Source of the DNA: Candidatus Poribacteria bacterium
Lineage (GTDB): Bacteria > Poribacteria > WGA-4E > UBA9662
Direction: 5' to 3'
DNA: 64,000 nucleotides
Assembly: GCA_036339735.1 (NCBI GenBank)
Contig: JAYZAL010000019.1
Location: forward strand, 1 to 64,000
The notes below the pieces were generated by a model, which saw nothing but the letters and a program-made list of their open reading frames with translations, was not told where the DNA came from and did not search any database. Numbering within the stretch: position 1 is the first letter of the stretch; each line of letters starts with the position of its first letter. Made by a program: the position numbers and the translations under genes. Of the stretch, positions 50,871 through 59,625 are shown piece after piece.

Positions 50871-51650
50871 ATGAAAAGTAAAATCTTTATCTTATTTTTG
50901 TTGGTAATGATCGTTTTTGTATCTAATTTTGCTCTAGCTGCTGAGTTAGAGAAAAATTTAGTCCTCTATTTGTCCTTCGATGAACTAGATGGGAAAAAAG
51001 TTGAAGACCATTCGATTCATGGTAATCATGGCGAAATTGCTGGCAAGCCCACATTAGTTGACGGAAAATTTGGTAAAGCCCTAAAATTAAATGGTAAAAC
51101 GGACTGGGTCACGGTCGCACATGATAATAGCTTATGCGTCAGTAAAGCCGTTACAGTCATGGCTTGGATCAATGCTGAATCACATAAAGGGGCAGGAACA
51201 GCCCAATGGGCTGGCATTTTAGCCAAAAGCAATAACCCGCGTTCCTACAGTTTCTACACTACAACCGATGGCGGTGGAGCCTTACACTTTAGTTCCATGG
51301 GTGGATCTGTGTCCAATAAACCTGTAGAGCTAAAAAAGTGGCAACACGTAGTTGCACAAATGACTGAAAAGAAGGCTCATCGATACTATATAAACGGTGA
51401 ATTAGCCGGTGAATTTGCTGGTAAAGGGGCTTTACCGGGCAAGGTCGATAATGCTGATGTTTTTGTCGGAAAAACACATGAGGGTAATCGACAATTCGTT
51501 GGCACCATCGACGAGGTAAGAATTTGGAATCGTGAACTCAGCGCAAAGGAAGTCAAAGAACAAATGGAGTCGGGTCGACTGAAATTGTTGGGGGTGGATC
51601 CTCAACAGAAATTAACTTCGACATGGGGATTATTGAAGAAGGAAAAATAA
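50871..51650 (+). CDS. Secreted LamG domain protein (tandem paralogue)
   Basis: Shares long blocks with the previous ORF ('NNPRSYS.YTTTDGGGALHFSSMGGS'); tail 'VDPQQKLTSTWGLLK'. Confidence 0.92.
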   Translation: MKSKIFILFLLVMIVFVSNFALAAELEKNLVLYLSFDELDGKKVEDHSIHGNHGEIAGKPTLVDGKFGKALKLNGKTDWVTVAHDNSLCVSKAVTVMAWINAESHKGAGTAQWAGILAKSNNPRSYSFYTTTDGGGALHFSSMGGSVSNKPVELKKWQHVVAQMTEKKAHRYYINGELAGEFAGKGALPGKVDNADVFVGKTHEGNRQFVGTIDEVRIWNRELSAKEVKEQMESGRLKLLGVDPQQKLTSTWGLLKKEK

Positions 51651-51677
51651 CAGAAAAAGTTTCTCGCTTCGAAAGCA

Positions 51678-51712
51678 AAAAGGCCGTCTATATCTAGAAT
51701 AGGTGGCCTTTT
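51678..51712. terminator. Bidirectional terminator
   Basis: AAAAGGCCGTCTAT...ATAGGTGGCCTTTT between convergent genes. Confidence 0.75.
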
Positions 51713-51728
51713 CAATATGCACACACGA

Positions 51729-54338
51729 TTAATCTTCTATAGAAAATAGTACGTCTCCCCCGCCTGCTTTTTGATTGTAGATCTGCTTTAAAATAGTCAA
51801 CGAAGACAAAATCCAAATTGTTTTACTGGTTCTATCGGTTTCCCATTTGCGTCGACTAGAAAACCCTTTTTCTACATTGGAATCAGAATTCAGCATTTTC
51901 CTTAATCTTTTACTGAATTCTTTGAAGTCGCCTGTCCACTGATGATTTTGATCAGTTTTCTTAAGATAATCTCTGTACGAATTATAAACAAACTCTGTAT
52001 CTATAATTTCAGTTCCTTCTTTCCTGATTCGGATACTAGTACCAAACAAATCACTAGGTCCTGCAATCTCTTCCTTCTCAATACATTGTTCAAACCAACC
52101 TACCATTGGGTCACTTTCTCGTAATTGTTCATAATAAGTCAAAGTTATGACACGTTCCTTCGGAAAATCAAATCCATCTATATCCCTTCGCATCATTAGT
52201 TCGAAAAAAGCTTCTTTGCCTCCATTATTCCACTCATCGTCTATGGACTGAAAAAAATGGCTTTTTCTATCCGCTTGTTCCTTATTACGAATGTTTTCGG
52301 TCGCAAATTCTTCACTTACGTCAATAAATTGCCATCTACGGTCGCTCTCGGTTAAATACACAACCCAACTGTCATTAGAGGCACAAATTACCCTCGAATA
52401 ATTTGCATACTGAGTGGCATCAACAAATTTTTCCTCTACCGTTCGTTCACGTTCAGTGATCAACGATTTCATTTTTCCTACATCATTTCGATTACCACCC
52501 CAAACAGCTTCATCAGAAAATATCAGTAGGTTATCTCTCATCCAAGCATTAAATTTACCAGTTAATTTGTCAGCATCACCTGTTAAATGGAAATAGTGGG
52601 GACGAAATAACTTTCCTAACGTATCATTTATGAATTTCCCTTTACCTGTGCCTTCTTTACTCCGTAGTACAATACTACACACACGTGAGTGTTTCGCCGG
52701 ATTTTGAAACGCATCTGCTATCCAATTTAACAACCAGTCATATAACTTGTCGACTTTATGTGTATCTGTCTGATAAAAAGGTTCCCCACTGGTATCTGAA
52801 CCAACACGTTTTTTCTGATTTCCACAAATGACTTGTCGGATTAACTGCAAGTAGTTTTTACAATTATACTCAAGCTGTTGATTTGACAACCCTCTCATTC
52901 TTTGATAAATCTTAGGATTTAATTGCTTTACAAAACCACTCTTATCAGGATCCCCTCGCCAGTTATTATCTGGCGTTGCAGTTGACCAATCATCCCACAA
53001 ATTCCACTTATCTGAATTATTAGGGTTTTTCCTACCCGAAGGATCAAAAATGAGCCCCTGATAAGTTCGTCTTCCTTCCCAATCTAGCCACAAACTCGCC
53101 AATTTAGCTTTTCGGTTCTTATGTCTGACAGATTGTGGATTTAATAATTTAAAGTCTGACGGACGCATACCAACTCTTGGTACATGTGTTTGTTGAAGGT
53201 CATCATATTCTGTATGCATGATGCCAACTTTGCTACCTTGTTTTAAAACAGCATACTTATGATTCAACAATTGAAGTTGTTCTAAAACAATATCATCATA
53301 TTCAGTTTCGTTAGATGATTGCGTTACATCTCTATTTTTAATACCAAAATTTTGGCATAACTCATCTATAACATCTGGTAAAGACATATTGCTATTTTTC
53401 GCAATAAAGTCCATGGCATCTAGCACCTTACCGTGGCTACAACCAGAATGACACTTCCACTTATAAGTATCCATATTTATGTTTAAGGAAGGACGACTGG
53501 AACCTCGTCTTTCACCGTGTAAGGGACAAAACGTCACCATCCAATTACTACTGGTTATATTACCTCTCTCTACACCTTCAAAGATGTCTTCAAACTCTAG
53601 ATTAGATATCAAATTTTGATATCTCCATCCTTTTTGATAAGAGGATACTTGAAACTGAGTTATCTTTGGTGAGTTTGGTGATATTTTTTTCTGGTGTGAT
53701 TGGCTTGGTAAAATAGGTAATCGGTTATGTACATAATCCAAAATGGATTTACCTGATTGGTGAAAAATTTGGGCTTCAGTGATTTGATAACCAACTTCAG
53801 GAAAATCACCTGTAAAAATCCTAGCTAGATCTGTAGCATTTGTATCAAACCGTGAAATTCCATCCGGTCGACAATAGGATCCTACAATAGTTTGTATTGA
53901 TTGTTGATATTTATTTGGATCAGTTAACTCTTTTTGTAAGGGAAAATAAACATGAAACTTAGGTCTTGCAACACGTATACCTGAGTTACTACGCTTGTTT
54001 TTATTATGATTTTTTGATTCAACAATCCAAAACTCGTAATCTGAAAAATCTGTTTGAAATTGTTGAATAGTTGTCCAATCTTCAGGTTCATCCCATGCAG
54101 ATGTTGGTTGACCATCGTTGTCTATATCTAGTGCAATGACATCTGCACTTAGCCAATTATCAGTAGCACGTTCTTGGTTGTGGTAATGTCCCATCGCATG
54201 TACATAACGTACCGTTTCAATAAATTGTTCCTTTGTTTCTACTTGTTGTCGAACCGGCAATTGTCTTATATGCACAATATCGGTTTCATTTGCACGACAG
54301 AGATTAAAGGGAGTTATTGGCTTTGGGCTTGGAATCAT
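51729..54338 (-). CDS. Phage/plasmid-type primase-helicase (AEP-like + CHC2 Zn finger + SF3/DUF5906 helicase)
   Basis: 'IALDIDND', 'ESKNH', 'KFHVYFP'; 'CPLH..RPSL..WKCHSGC'; Walker A 'SKEGTGKG', Walker B 'IFSDE', 'EEKFVDA', 'DRRW'. Confidence 0.88.
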   Translation of the reverse strand: MIPSPKPITPFNLCRANETDIVHIRQLPVRQQVETKEQFIETVRYVHAMGHYHNQERATDNWLSADVIALDIDNDGQPTSAWDEPEDWTTIQQFQTDFSDYEFWIVESKNHNKNKRSNSGIRVARPKFHVYFPLQKELTDPNKYQQSIQTIVGSYCRPDGISRFDTNATDLARIFTGDFPEVGYQITEAQIFHQSGKSILDYVHNRLPILPSQSHQKKISPNSPKITQFQVSSYQKGWRYQNLISNLEFEDIFEGVERGNITSSNWMVTFCPLHGERRGSSRPSLNINMDTYKWKCHSGCSHGKVLDAMDFIAKNSNMSLPDVIDELCQNFGIKNRDVTQSSNETEYDDIVLEQLQLLNHKYAVLKQGSKVGIMHTEYDDLQQTHVPRVGMRPSDFKLLNPQSVRHKNRKAKLASLWLDWEGRRTYQGLIFDPSGRKNPNNSDKWNLWDDWSTATPDNNWRGDPDKSGFVKQLNPKIYQRMRGLSNQQLEYNCKNYLQLIRQVICGNQKKRVGSDTSGEPFYQTDTHKVDKLYDWLLNWIADAFQNPAKHSRVCSIVLRSKEGTGKGKFINDTLGKLFRPHYFHLTGDADKLTGKFNAWMRDNLLIFSDEAVWGGNRNDVGKMKSLITERERTVEEKFVDATQYANYSRVICASNDSWVVYLTESDRRWQFIDVSEEFATENIRNKEQADRKSHFFQSIDDEWNNGGKEAFFELMMRRDIDGFDFPKERVITLTYYEQLRESDPMVGWFEQCIEKEEIAGPSDLFGTSIRIRKEGTEIIDTEFVYNSYRDYLKKTDQNHQWTGDFKEFSKRLRKMLNSDSNVEKGFSSRRKWETDRTSKTIWILSSLTILKQIYNQKAGGGDVLFSIED

Positions 54339-54549
54339 ATCCTTTCTTTCTCGTTATCCGAGGTTTTTTCAAAATCAGATTTTGGTGTGATATATAAGGA
54401 TGAAAAAATCCGTCATTTTGTTTTAGGTCGTGGAGTGAAATTTTGCTAGTCGAACAAAACAACACTACATCGAATAACACTTTTCGGGATGTTAATTGGA
54501 AGGTTCTGTTTCTTTTCCGGGTCTGGCTCGTCTGTTTCTTTTGATGTCA

Positions 54550-54732
54550 ATTTAAACAAAATTGAGCCTTGAAGTCAAGGTTAAAAAAGAGCTCGGGTGA
54601 TATTTGGAAGGTCGATTTGGTTATTTAAAAGTTATCTAACCAGATTCTACAAGGGGATTTAAACAAAGTTGGGCTTTGAAGTCAAGGCAAAAAAATTCGC
54701 TTGCTCTATATGGAGGGTCGGTTTGGCTATTT
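54550..54732. repeat. Imperfect direct repeat, about 107 bp period, each copy with a palindrome
   Basis: ATTTAAACAAA(A/G)TTG(A/G)GC(C/T)TTGAAGTCAAGG at 54550 and 54657; TGGA(A/G)GGTCG(A/G)TTTGG(T/C)TATTT at 54605 and 54711. Confidence 0.85.
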
Positions 54733-54812
54733 TATTCTGTCACCTTACATCACAAACAGTTTTTGTTTTTTTTGTTTTCTTTAACCTTTTTTCGTAATAA
54801 AAATACGAAAAT

Positions 54813-54839
54813 TGATTGTGATGATTGTGATGATTGTGG
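54813..54839. repeat. 3 x 9-bp tandem repeat (iteron-like)
   Basis: TGATTGTGA TGATTGTGA TGATTGTGG next to a T-rich tract. Confidence 0.85.
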
Positions 54840-54869
54840 TCAGACCAGTAATATTGAGAAAAAGTTTAT

Positions 54870-55517
54870 CTACTGTAAAAGTATTCTACTAATTTGACTA
54901 GGGTTAAACTTATTTCCTTTTCCATTTGTATATCCCTTTTCTTCTAATAAATCGGCAATTTTCCTCAGTGAAAAGCTCTTCTTTCTTAAACACTTAACTT
55001 TTTCAACAAGTACCGTATCTATTTCTTTATAAGACTTTCTACCACCAACTTTCCCTCTTCCACGTAGATCTAAATTACCTTCCGTAACACTTTTCCTACG
55101 TCTACGTCTACGTCCAGTTTCCAGTTTTAGCCCAGGTTTTTGGTAGATGCTAATAATTTGCAAAAGTTGCTGAGTTTCTATATCTAGTTGGTCCTCACCA
55201 GTAGCGTAAATTAAAAAAAGCCCGTATTCTCTCAAAAGATTGGTAGCTAGTCCACGCTCTAAGGGATTTGGACAGAAAACCTTTGGGCTATGACAGACTA
55301 TTGTTGAAATGTTCTTTTCTTCGGTGAGTTGTAGTAAGTTACGAAATGTCTTTCTCTGTACTACAGCAACATTTTCCGCATCACGATCGATAAGATGTTT
55401 TCCTTGGGAAGTCCAACCGTGTTGCCTAAGGAATTTGTTAATCTGACGTTTTTGATCAAGTGGAATTTCGTTTCCTTGTGCTAAGGGATGGTAAACGATA
55501 ACTTGTTTATTAGCCAT
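54870..55517 (-). CDS. Degenerate resolvase/serine-recombinase-like protein with C-terminal HTH
   Basis: Resolvase-like layout ('R..F..LL', 'GR..VGGRKSY', 'SLRKIADLL..KGY...G.KF.PSQISRIL'); the YxRxS catalytic motif is replaced by 'YHPLA'; start at MANKQ with AAGGA RBS. Confidence 0.65.
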   Translation of the reverse strand: MANKQVIVYHPLAQGNEIPLDQKRQINKFLRQHGWTSQGKHLIDRDAENVAVVQRKTFRNLLQLTEEKNISTIVCHSPKVFCPNPLERGLATNLLREYGLFLIYATGEDQLDIETQQLLQIISIYQKPGLKLETGRRRRRRKSVTEGNLDLRGRGKVGGRKSYKEIDTVLVEKVKCLRKKSFSLRKIADLLEEKGYTNGKGNKFNPSQISRILLQ

Positions 55518-55600
55518 GTTGAATCTATCCTTACGGTTTTCTACCGACATATGGATACGACAACAACAAGTAAAAGGTTTCAGAAAAAGTTTCATATATA

Positions 55601-55637
55601 AAAAAAGGCCAATCTAGTTACTTTTAGATTGACCTTT
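55601..55637 (-). terminator. Intrinsic terminator of the upstream oxidoreductase gene
   Basis: Minus strand AAAGGTCAATCTA...TAGATTGGCCTTTTTTT. Confidence 0.75.
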
Positions 55638-55675
55638 CCAAACTCTGACCGAAATCAAATTTTTGTTTTAGCTCA

Positions 55676-56677
55676 TTACAAATCCGATATTAGAATTTCA
55701 CGTCCTTCTTTAGCACTCAGAACAGCAGCAAAAACCATAGACATAGACTTTAGATTATCTGCAGCATTACATTCAGGTTCTCGGTCCTCTTTAATCGCGC
55801 GAACAAATTCGTTAAGAACGGGATTTGGACCATCAATATCATCTAGATCGACTTGTTTGCGTATTGTTGGGTTTTGTCGATGATTAAGTGTCTGATAAAG
55901 ATCAAATCCTTCCCAAGTCAAAGTACCTTTTGGTCCTTCATATCGCCATTCACCGTTATGTCCAGCAGGAACATGTCCCATTGTACACCCAATACCTCGA
56001 TGGGTTGCAAATACACCATTTTCGAATTTAAAAAGAATTATCTGACAAGCATCGCCCTGATGCCAACCCCAAGGCAAATTCCAAGTGATGGCTTGGGCAC
56101 TAATTGGATCAACTCCTAATGTATATCTCATCATATCAAAATGATGAATTCCCATATCTGTCAGGAACATGTATGGTTCTGTCACATAATGGCTTCCTGG
56201 GCTATCAGCCCAATTTACATATAGTGAGACATCTAATTGTGCGATTTCACCAATTTTATGATCTTCTATTAATCTTCGGGTTGTACGAGGTAGAGCGTTG
56301 AACCGGTAGTTTTGAGTAATCATGTGTTTGACATTAGCACTTTCGCCTGCAGATACAATACGTTTAGCTGCATCAAAATCATCACTCAAAGGTTTTTCAC
56401 CAAGTAAGTGCAAACCTAGATCAAAAGATTTCATTGCAATAGCTTCATGTACAGATGGCGGAGTAACATCAACAACGAAATCAGCCCCAAAACTCTGGGG
56501 TACATCGTTCAGATCTGCGAAAATTTTATTTTCTGGTATTCCCCTTTGATCAATAGCTCTTTGACGATTTTTCTCCGATGCTTCCACGTAGGCAACAAGT
56601 TCCACTTCCTTATGATCTTCACAAGCCGATAACCAGTGGTAGCCTCGACCGCCAAGTCCGACAAGGATTGCTTTCAT
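55676..56677 (-). CDS. Gfo/Idh/MocA family oxidoreductase
   Basis: 'LVGLGGRG', 'GEKPL', 'DMGIHHFD'. Confidence 0.93.
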   Translation of the reverse strand: MKAILVGLGGRGYHWLSACEDHKEVELVAYVEASEKNRQRAIDQRGIPENKIFADLNDVPQSFGADFVVDVTPPSVHEAIAMKSFDLGLHLLGEKPLSDDFDAAKRIVSAGESANVKHMITQNYRFNALPRTTRRLIEDHKIGEIAQLDVSLYVNWADSPGSHYVTEPYMFLTDMGIHHFDMMRYTLGVDPISAQAITWNLPWGWHQGDACQIILFKFENGVFATHRGIGCTMGHVPAGHNGEWRYEGPKGTLTWEGFDLYQTLNHRQNPTIRKQVDLDDIDGPNPVLNEFVRAIKEDREPECNAADNLKSMSMVFAAVLSAKEGREILISDL

Positions 56678-56863
56678 AGTAACTCCTAAGTCCTAAGATC
56701 CATTTAAACAGTCAGCGATTATAACATCGATTCAAGCAACCAACAACAGCGAATTTAAGTAGAAAAGCTGGCAAATGTTTAAAAAAATCGTTATATTTCA
56801 TTGGGTCTATTTTAGAGAGTCAGCCATAGACATTTGTCTGCCTAAACACAAGAAGAAAAAATT

Positions 56864-59158
56864 TTGATTAGTGTAAAAAATAAAAGATTATTTATCATAT
56901 TTCTACTGTCATCAGTGATTGCCCTTGAAACCTATTCTAGTGAAATAAGGGGGAGAGTTCTTCGCCAAGGTTCACAAGAACTGGTTAGTGGAGTAATTGT
57001 GAAAGTTTTGGGAACGGATCAAAAATTTATAACCGATGATCAGGGAGAATTTGAAATAACTGAACTACCAACTGGAACTTATCAATTAACCTTGACAAGA
57101 TTCCGTTTTCGTTCAAAAACAATTGAAGTCTTGGTACTTGACGATCAACCCCTCGATTTAGACGTTCGGCTAGAAAGAATCGATTTCATCTTCGACGAAA
57201 TAGTTGTGAGGGGGCAGCTTTTAACCGAATCGGTCAGTCGTCAAAGTGTGACTGGATTAGAAATAAAGCGTATACCGGGTGCTGGTGGAGATGCGTTGAG
57301 AGCTATCCAAGCTTTACCAGGTATCAAGGCTGGTGCAGATTTCGGAGGTCAACTTTATGTCCGTGGTGGTGGACCAGAAGATAATCAGATCTATTTTGAT
57401 CGTTATCCCTTGGCTAATGCTTATCATTTCGGAGGTTTAGTTTCAACTGTAAGTTCTGAAATTCTACAACGGATTGATATCTATGCTGGTGGATTTGGAG
57501 CTGAATATGGTCAGGATTCGCAGGCAATAATAGATATTTATTCGCGACCTGGTAATCGTAAGAACTTCAGTGGCAAAGTGAATTTAAATATTCTTTATGC
57601 TGAAGGACTGATAGAAGGTCCACTAGGGGAATCAGGGTCTTGGTATTTTGCAGGTCGTCGTAGTTATTTTGACCTTTTTCCGTTAGAAAGAGTAATAACG
57701 GTTATAACAGCATTCCCTAGATTCTGGGATTATCAAACACGATTTAACTACGAAATAAACGAGAAATACCAAATAGATTTTACAGCATTTGCAGCTGATG
57801 ATTTTGCAGAATTGGCTTTTACAGAAGAACAGCAAGATGAAGAAGAACTAAGAGGTGCCTTATACATAAAGAATTCGGCACATGTTCAAGGCTTCCACCT
57901 CCGTGCTTTGCTTACCCCACGCCTAACCTACGATTTTAATCTTTCTCACAACAAACAATTAGTAAATTTCAAGATTGGTCAAGGATTCTTCCTTCGTATA
58001 CAACCTGACGTGTATGATGTTAGACATGATGTAGTATATGAAATTTCGCCCAATGTACGTTTAGAAACAGGTTTGTTAAATTCAATTGGTGACGTTGTCG
58101 TTCAGCTGTTTTTTCCTAATCCTCCGGAAGAGGGAGATCCGAATTACGATTTTTTAGAAGCCGAAAAGAATAGAGTTGATACACAACAGGAAGATTATCA
58201 AGTGGAAGGCTACGTTCAAACACGTTTTACTCTTGGGGAATACCTATCCTTTGCATTAGGAACTCGAGTCGATTATTCTGCAGATTTAACAGCTCAGCCA
58301 ACGCCTCAACCACGTTTAAGTTTTAATTTAACAATGCCAGGATTACCACAATTAAGATTAGCTTACGGCCGTTATATGCAAACACCGCAGCCACCTCAGT
58401 TTTTTGAACCTGGGGGGAATCCAGAACTTGAGGAAAGTCTCTCAGACCATTTTATCCTAGAAATCGAAAGAGCTTTTGAAAATGGTACAGTGCTCAAGGC
58501 TGCTGGTTATCGTAAGCAGTTGGATAAACAGATTGAACCTGATCCTGAGGAAAATCCAGTAAAAAATAAGAATTACCTCAATATTGGAGAAGGTTACGCA
58601 CAAGGTGTCGAATTCTTACTCCAATATCGTCAAGGAGATCGATTTTTCGGTTGGTTGAGTTATGCAAGGTCTGTTTCCAAAAGAAGGGACGATCCAGATC
58701 AAGATTACCGATTTTATTCCTATGACCAAACACATATTGCAACTATCATCGCCAGCTACAAATTTACCAAGACATTTGAGATTGGAGGAAGATGGCAGTA
58801 TGCCACGGGAAACCCCTACACACCATTAACCTGTGAAGAAAATATTAGCAATCCATGTTACGAAAATATTATCAGTCCGAGAGATGGAAAAACTAGAAAA
58901 GTACCTCTCTATGGATCAATAAATTCTTTCCGTGTAGAACCATTTCATCGTCTCGATGTGAGAATCAGCAAAAATTTTGTTTTTGATACTTGGCAAATTG
59001 GAACCTACCTAGAATTAATAAATGCCTATAATCGAAAAAATGTCCTTCAGTTTAGCTATGACGACGAGTATGAACGCGACAAGGATGGAGAAGTGAAGAA
59101 AGACATAGTAGGACAGTTACCATTGCTACCTTATTTCGGAGTAATCATTGAGTTTTAA
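56864..59158 (+). CDS. TonB-dependent receptor with N-terminal carboxypeptidase-regulatory-like domain
   Basis: Signal peptide, 'DEIVVRG', plug 'DALRAIQALPGI..YVRGG..DN', 'AGGFGAEYG', 'NAYNRKN', terminal Phe. Confidence 0.93.
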   Translation: MISVKNKRLFIIFLLSSVIALETYSSEIRGRVLRQGSQELVSGVIVKVLGTDQKFITDDQGEFEITELPTGTYQLTLTRFRFRSKTIEVLVLDDQPLDLDVRLERIDFIFDEIVVRGQLLTESVSRQSVTGLEIKRIPGAGGDALRAIQALPGIKAGADFGGQLYVRGGGPEDNQIYFDRYPLANAYHFGGLVSTVSSEILQRIDIYAGGFGAEYGQDSQAIIDIYSRPGNRKNFSGKVNLNILYAEGLIEGPLGESGSWYFAGRRSYFDLFPLERVITVITAFPRFWDYQTRFNYEINEKYQIDFTAFAADDFAELAFTEEQQDEEELRGALYIKNSAHVQGFHLRALLTPRLTYDFNLSHNKQLVNFKIGQGFFLRIQPDVYDVRHDVVYEISPNVRLETGLLNSIGDVVVQLFFPNPPEEGDPNYDFLEAEKNRVDTQQEDYQVEGYVQTRFTLGEYLSFALGTRVDYSADLTAQPTPQPRLSFNLTMPGLPQLRLAYGRYMQTPQPPQFFEPGGNPELEESLSDHFILEIERAFENGTVLKAAGYRKQLDKQIEPDPEENPVKNKNYLNIGEGYAQGVEFLLQYRQGDRFFGWLSYARSVSKRRDDPDQDYRFYSYDQTHIATIIASYKFTKTFEIGGRWQYATGNPYTPLTCEENISNPCYENIISPRDGKTRKVPLYGSINSFRVEPFHRLDVRISKNFVFDTWQIGTYLELINAYNRKNVLQFSYDDEYERDKDGEVKKDIVGQLPLLPYFGVIIEF

Positions 59159-59562
59159 TGGCTAAATTAACGTCGAGCAGACTAGTTTCCCGAATAACCT
59201 TTCTTTTTCTTTCATTTCAAATTTTTTGTTTGCTCTCCTGTTCTGTGTTTGGTGGAAATTCATGTGGGGGGTTAGAAGATTTGGGTCAGTCTGCCCCAAA
59301 TGATTGCTGCCCTTATCATACATCCAATTCCACAGAAAAGTGTTGTTGGAAAACTGTAGTTATTACAGATCAAAAAAAGCCTCTTAAAATCTCTACGTCT
59401 GGTAACCAAAAAGGGTCTACATTTTTAGCATCTAGTCAAAGTGTGTTGGAGAGACAAAAGCTTGAGGGTCAAATTTGTTTTGTTTTTGTTTTGATTCCTC
59501 ATATTTCTTCAAAAGAATCACTATCCTTACCAAATCGATCGCCTCCTATCTCCATAATTTGA
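59158..59562 (+). CDS. Cys-rich leader protein ending in RSPP (DUF2946/CruR-like putative arrest peptide)
   Basis: N-terminal hydrophobic segment, two CC pairs (DCCPYH, KCCW), C-terminal 'LPNRSPPISII'; ATG overlaps the receptor stop (TAATG). Confidence 0.75.
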   Translation: MAKLTSSRLVSRITFLFLSFQIFCLLSCSVFGGNSCGGLEDLGQSAPNDCCPYHTSNSTEKCCWKTVVITDQKKPLKISTSGNQKGSTFLASSQSVLERQKLEGQICFVFVLIPHISSKESLSLPNRSPPISII

Positions 59563-59621
59563 GTTTTGTTGATGAGTAAAATGAAAATTATGAAAAAACG
59601 ACCTAAGCTATTATGGAGATA
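59547..59621 (+). promoter_or_regulatory. Shine-Dalgarno-sequestering stem (translational attenuator)
   Basis: TATCTCCATAAT (59547-59558) is the exact reverse complement of ATTATGGAGATA (59610-59621), which contains the GGAG RBS of the ATG at 59626. Confidence 0.8.
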
Positions 59622-59625
59622 ATAA

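Larger units (their letters stand above)
51729..55517 (-). mobile_element. Two-gene replication/recombination module (plasmid-, satellite- or prophage-derived); boundaries not defined
   Basis: Primase-helicase and resolvase-like genes with a repeat-rich spacer, bracketed by terminators among ordinary chromosomal genes; no att repeats found. Confidence 0.5.

Noticed and set aside
54485-54839. CRISPR array
   Set aside because: Only two or three degenerate repeats, no regular repeat-spacer structure and no cas genes.
54676-54897. ORF with a DCDDCDDC 'metal-binding' motif
   Set aside because: The motif is just the translation of the 9-bp tandem repeat; the ORF is low complexity and has no RBS.
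55518-55595. N-terminal extension (with CCC) of the resolvase-like ORF
   Set aside because: An RBS precedes the Met at 55517 and domain similarity starts there.
59572-59622. 16-codon mini-ORF MSKMKIMKKRPKLLWR in the attenuator loop
   Set aside because: No convincing SD; could be chance in A-rich sequence, although its translation would open the stem.
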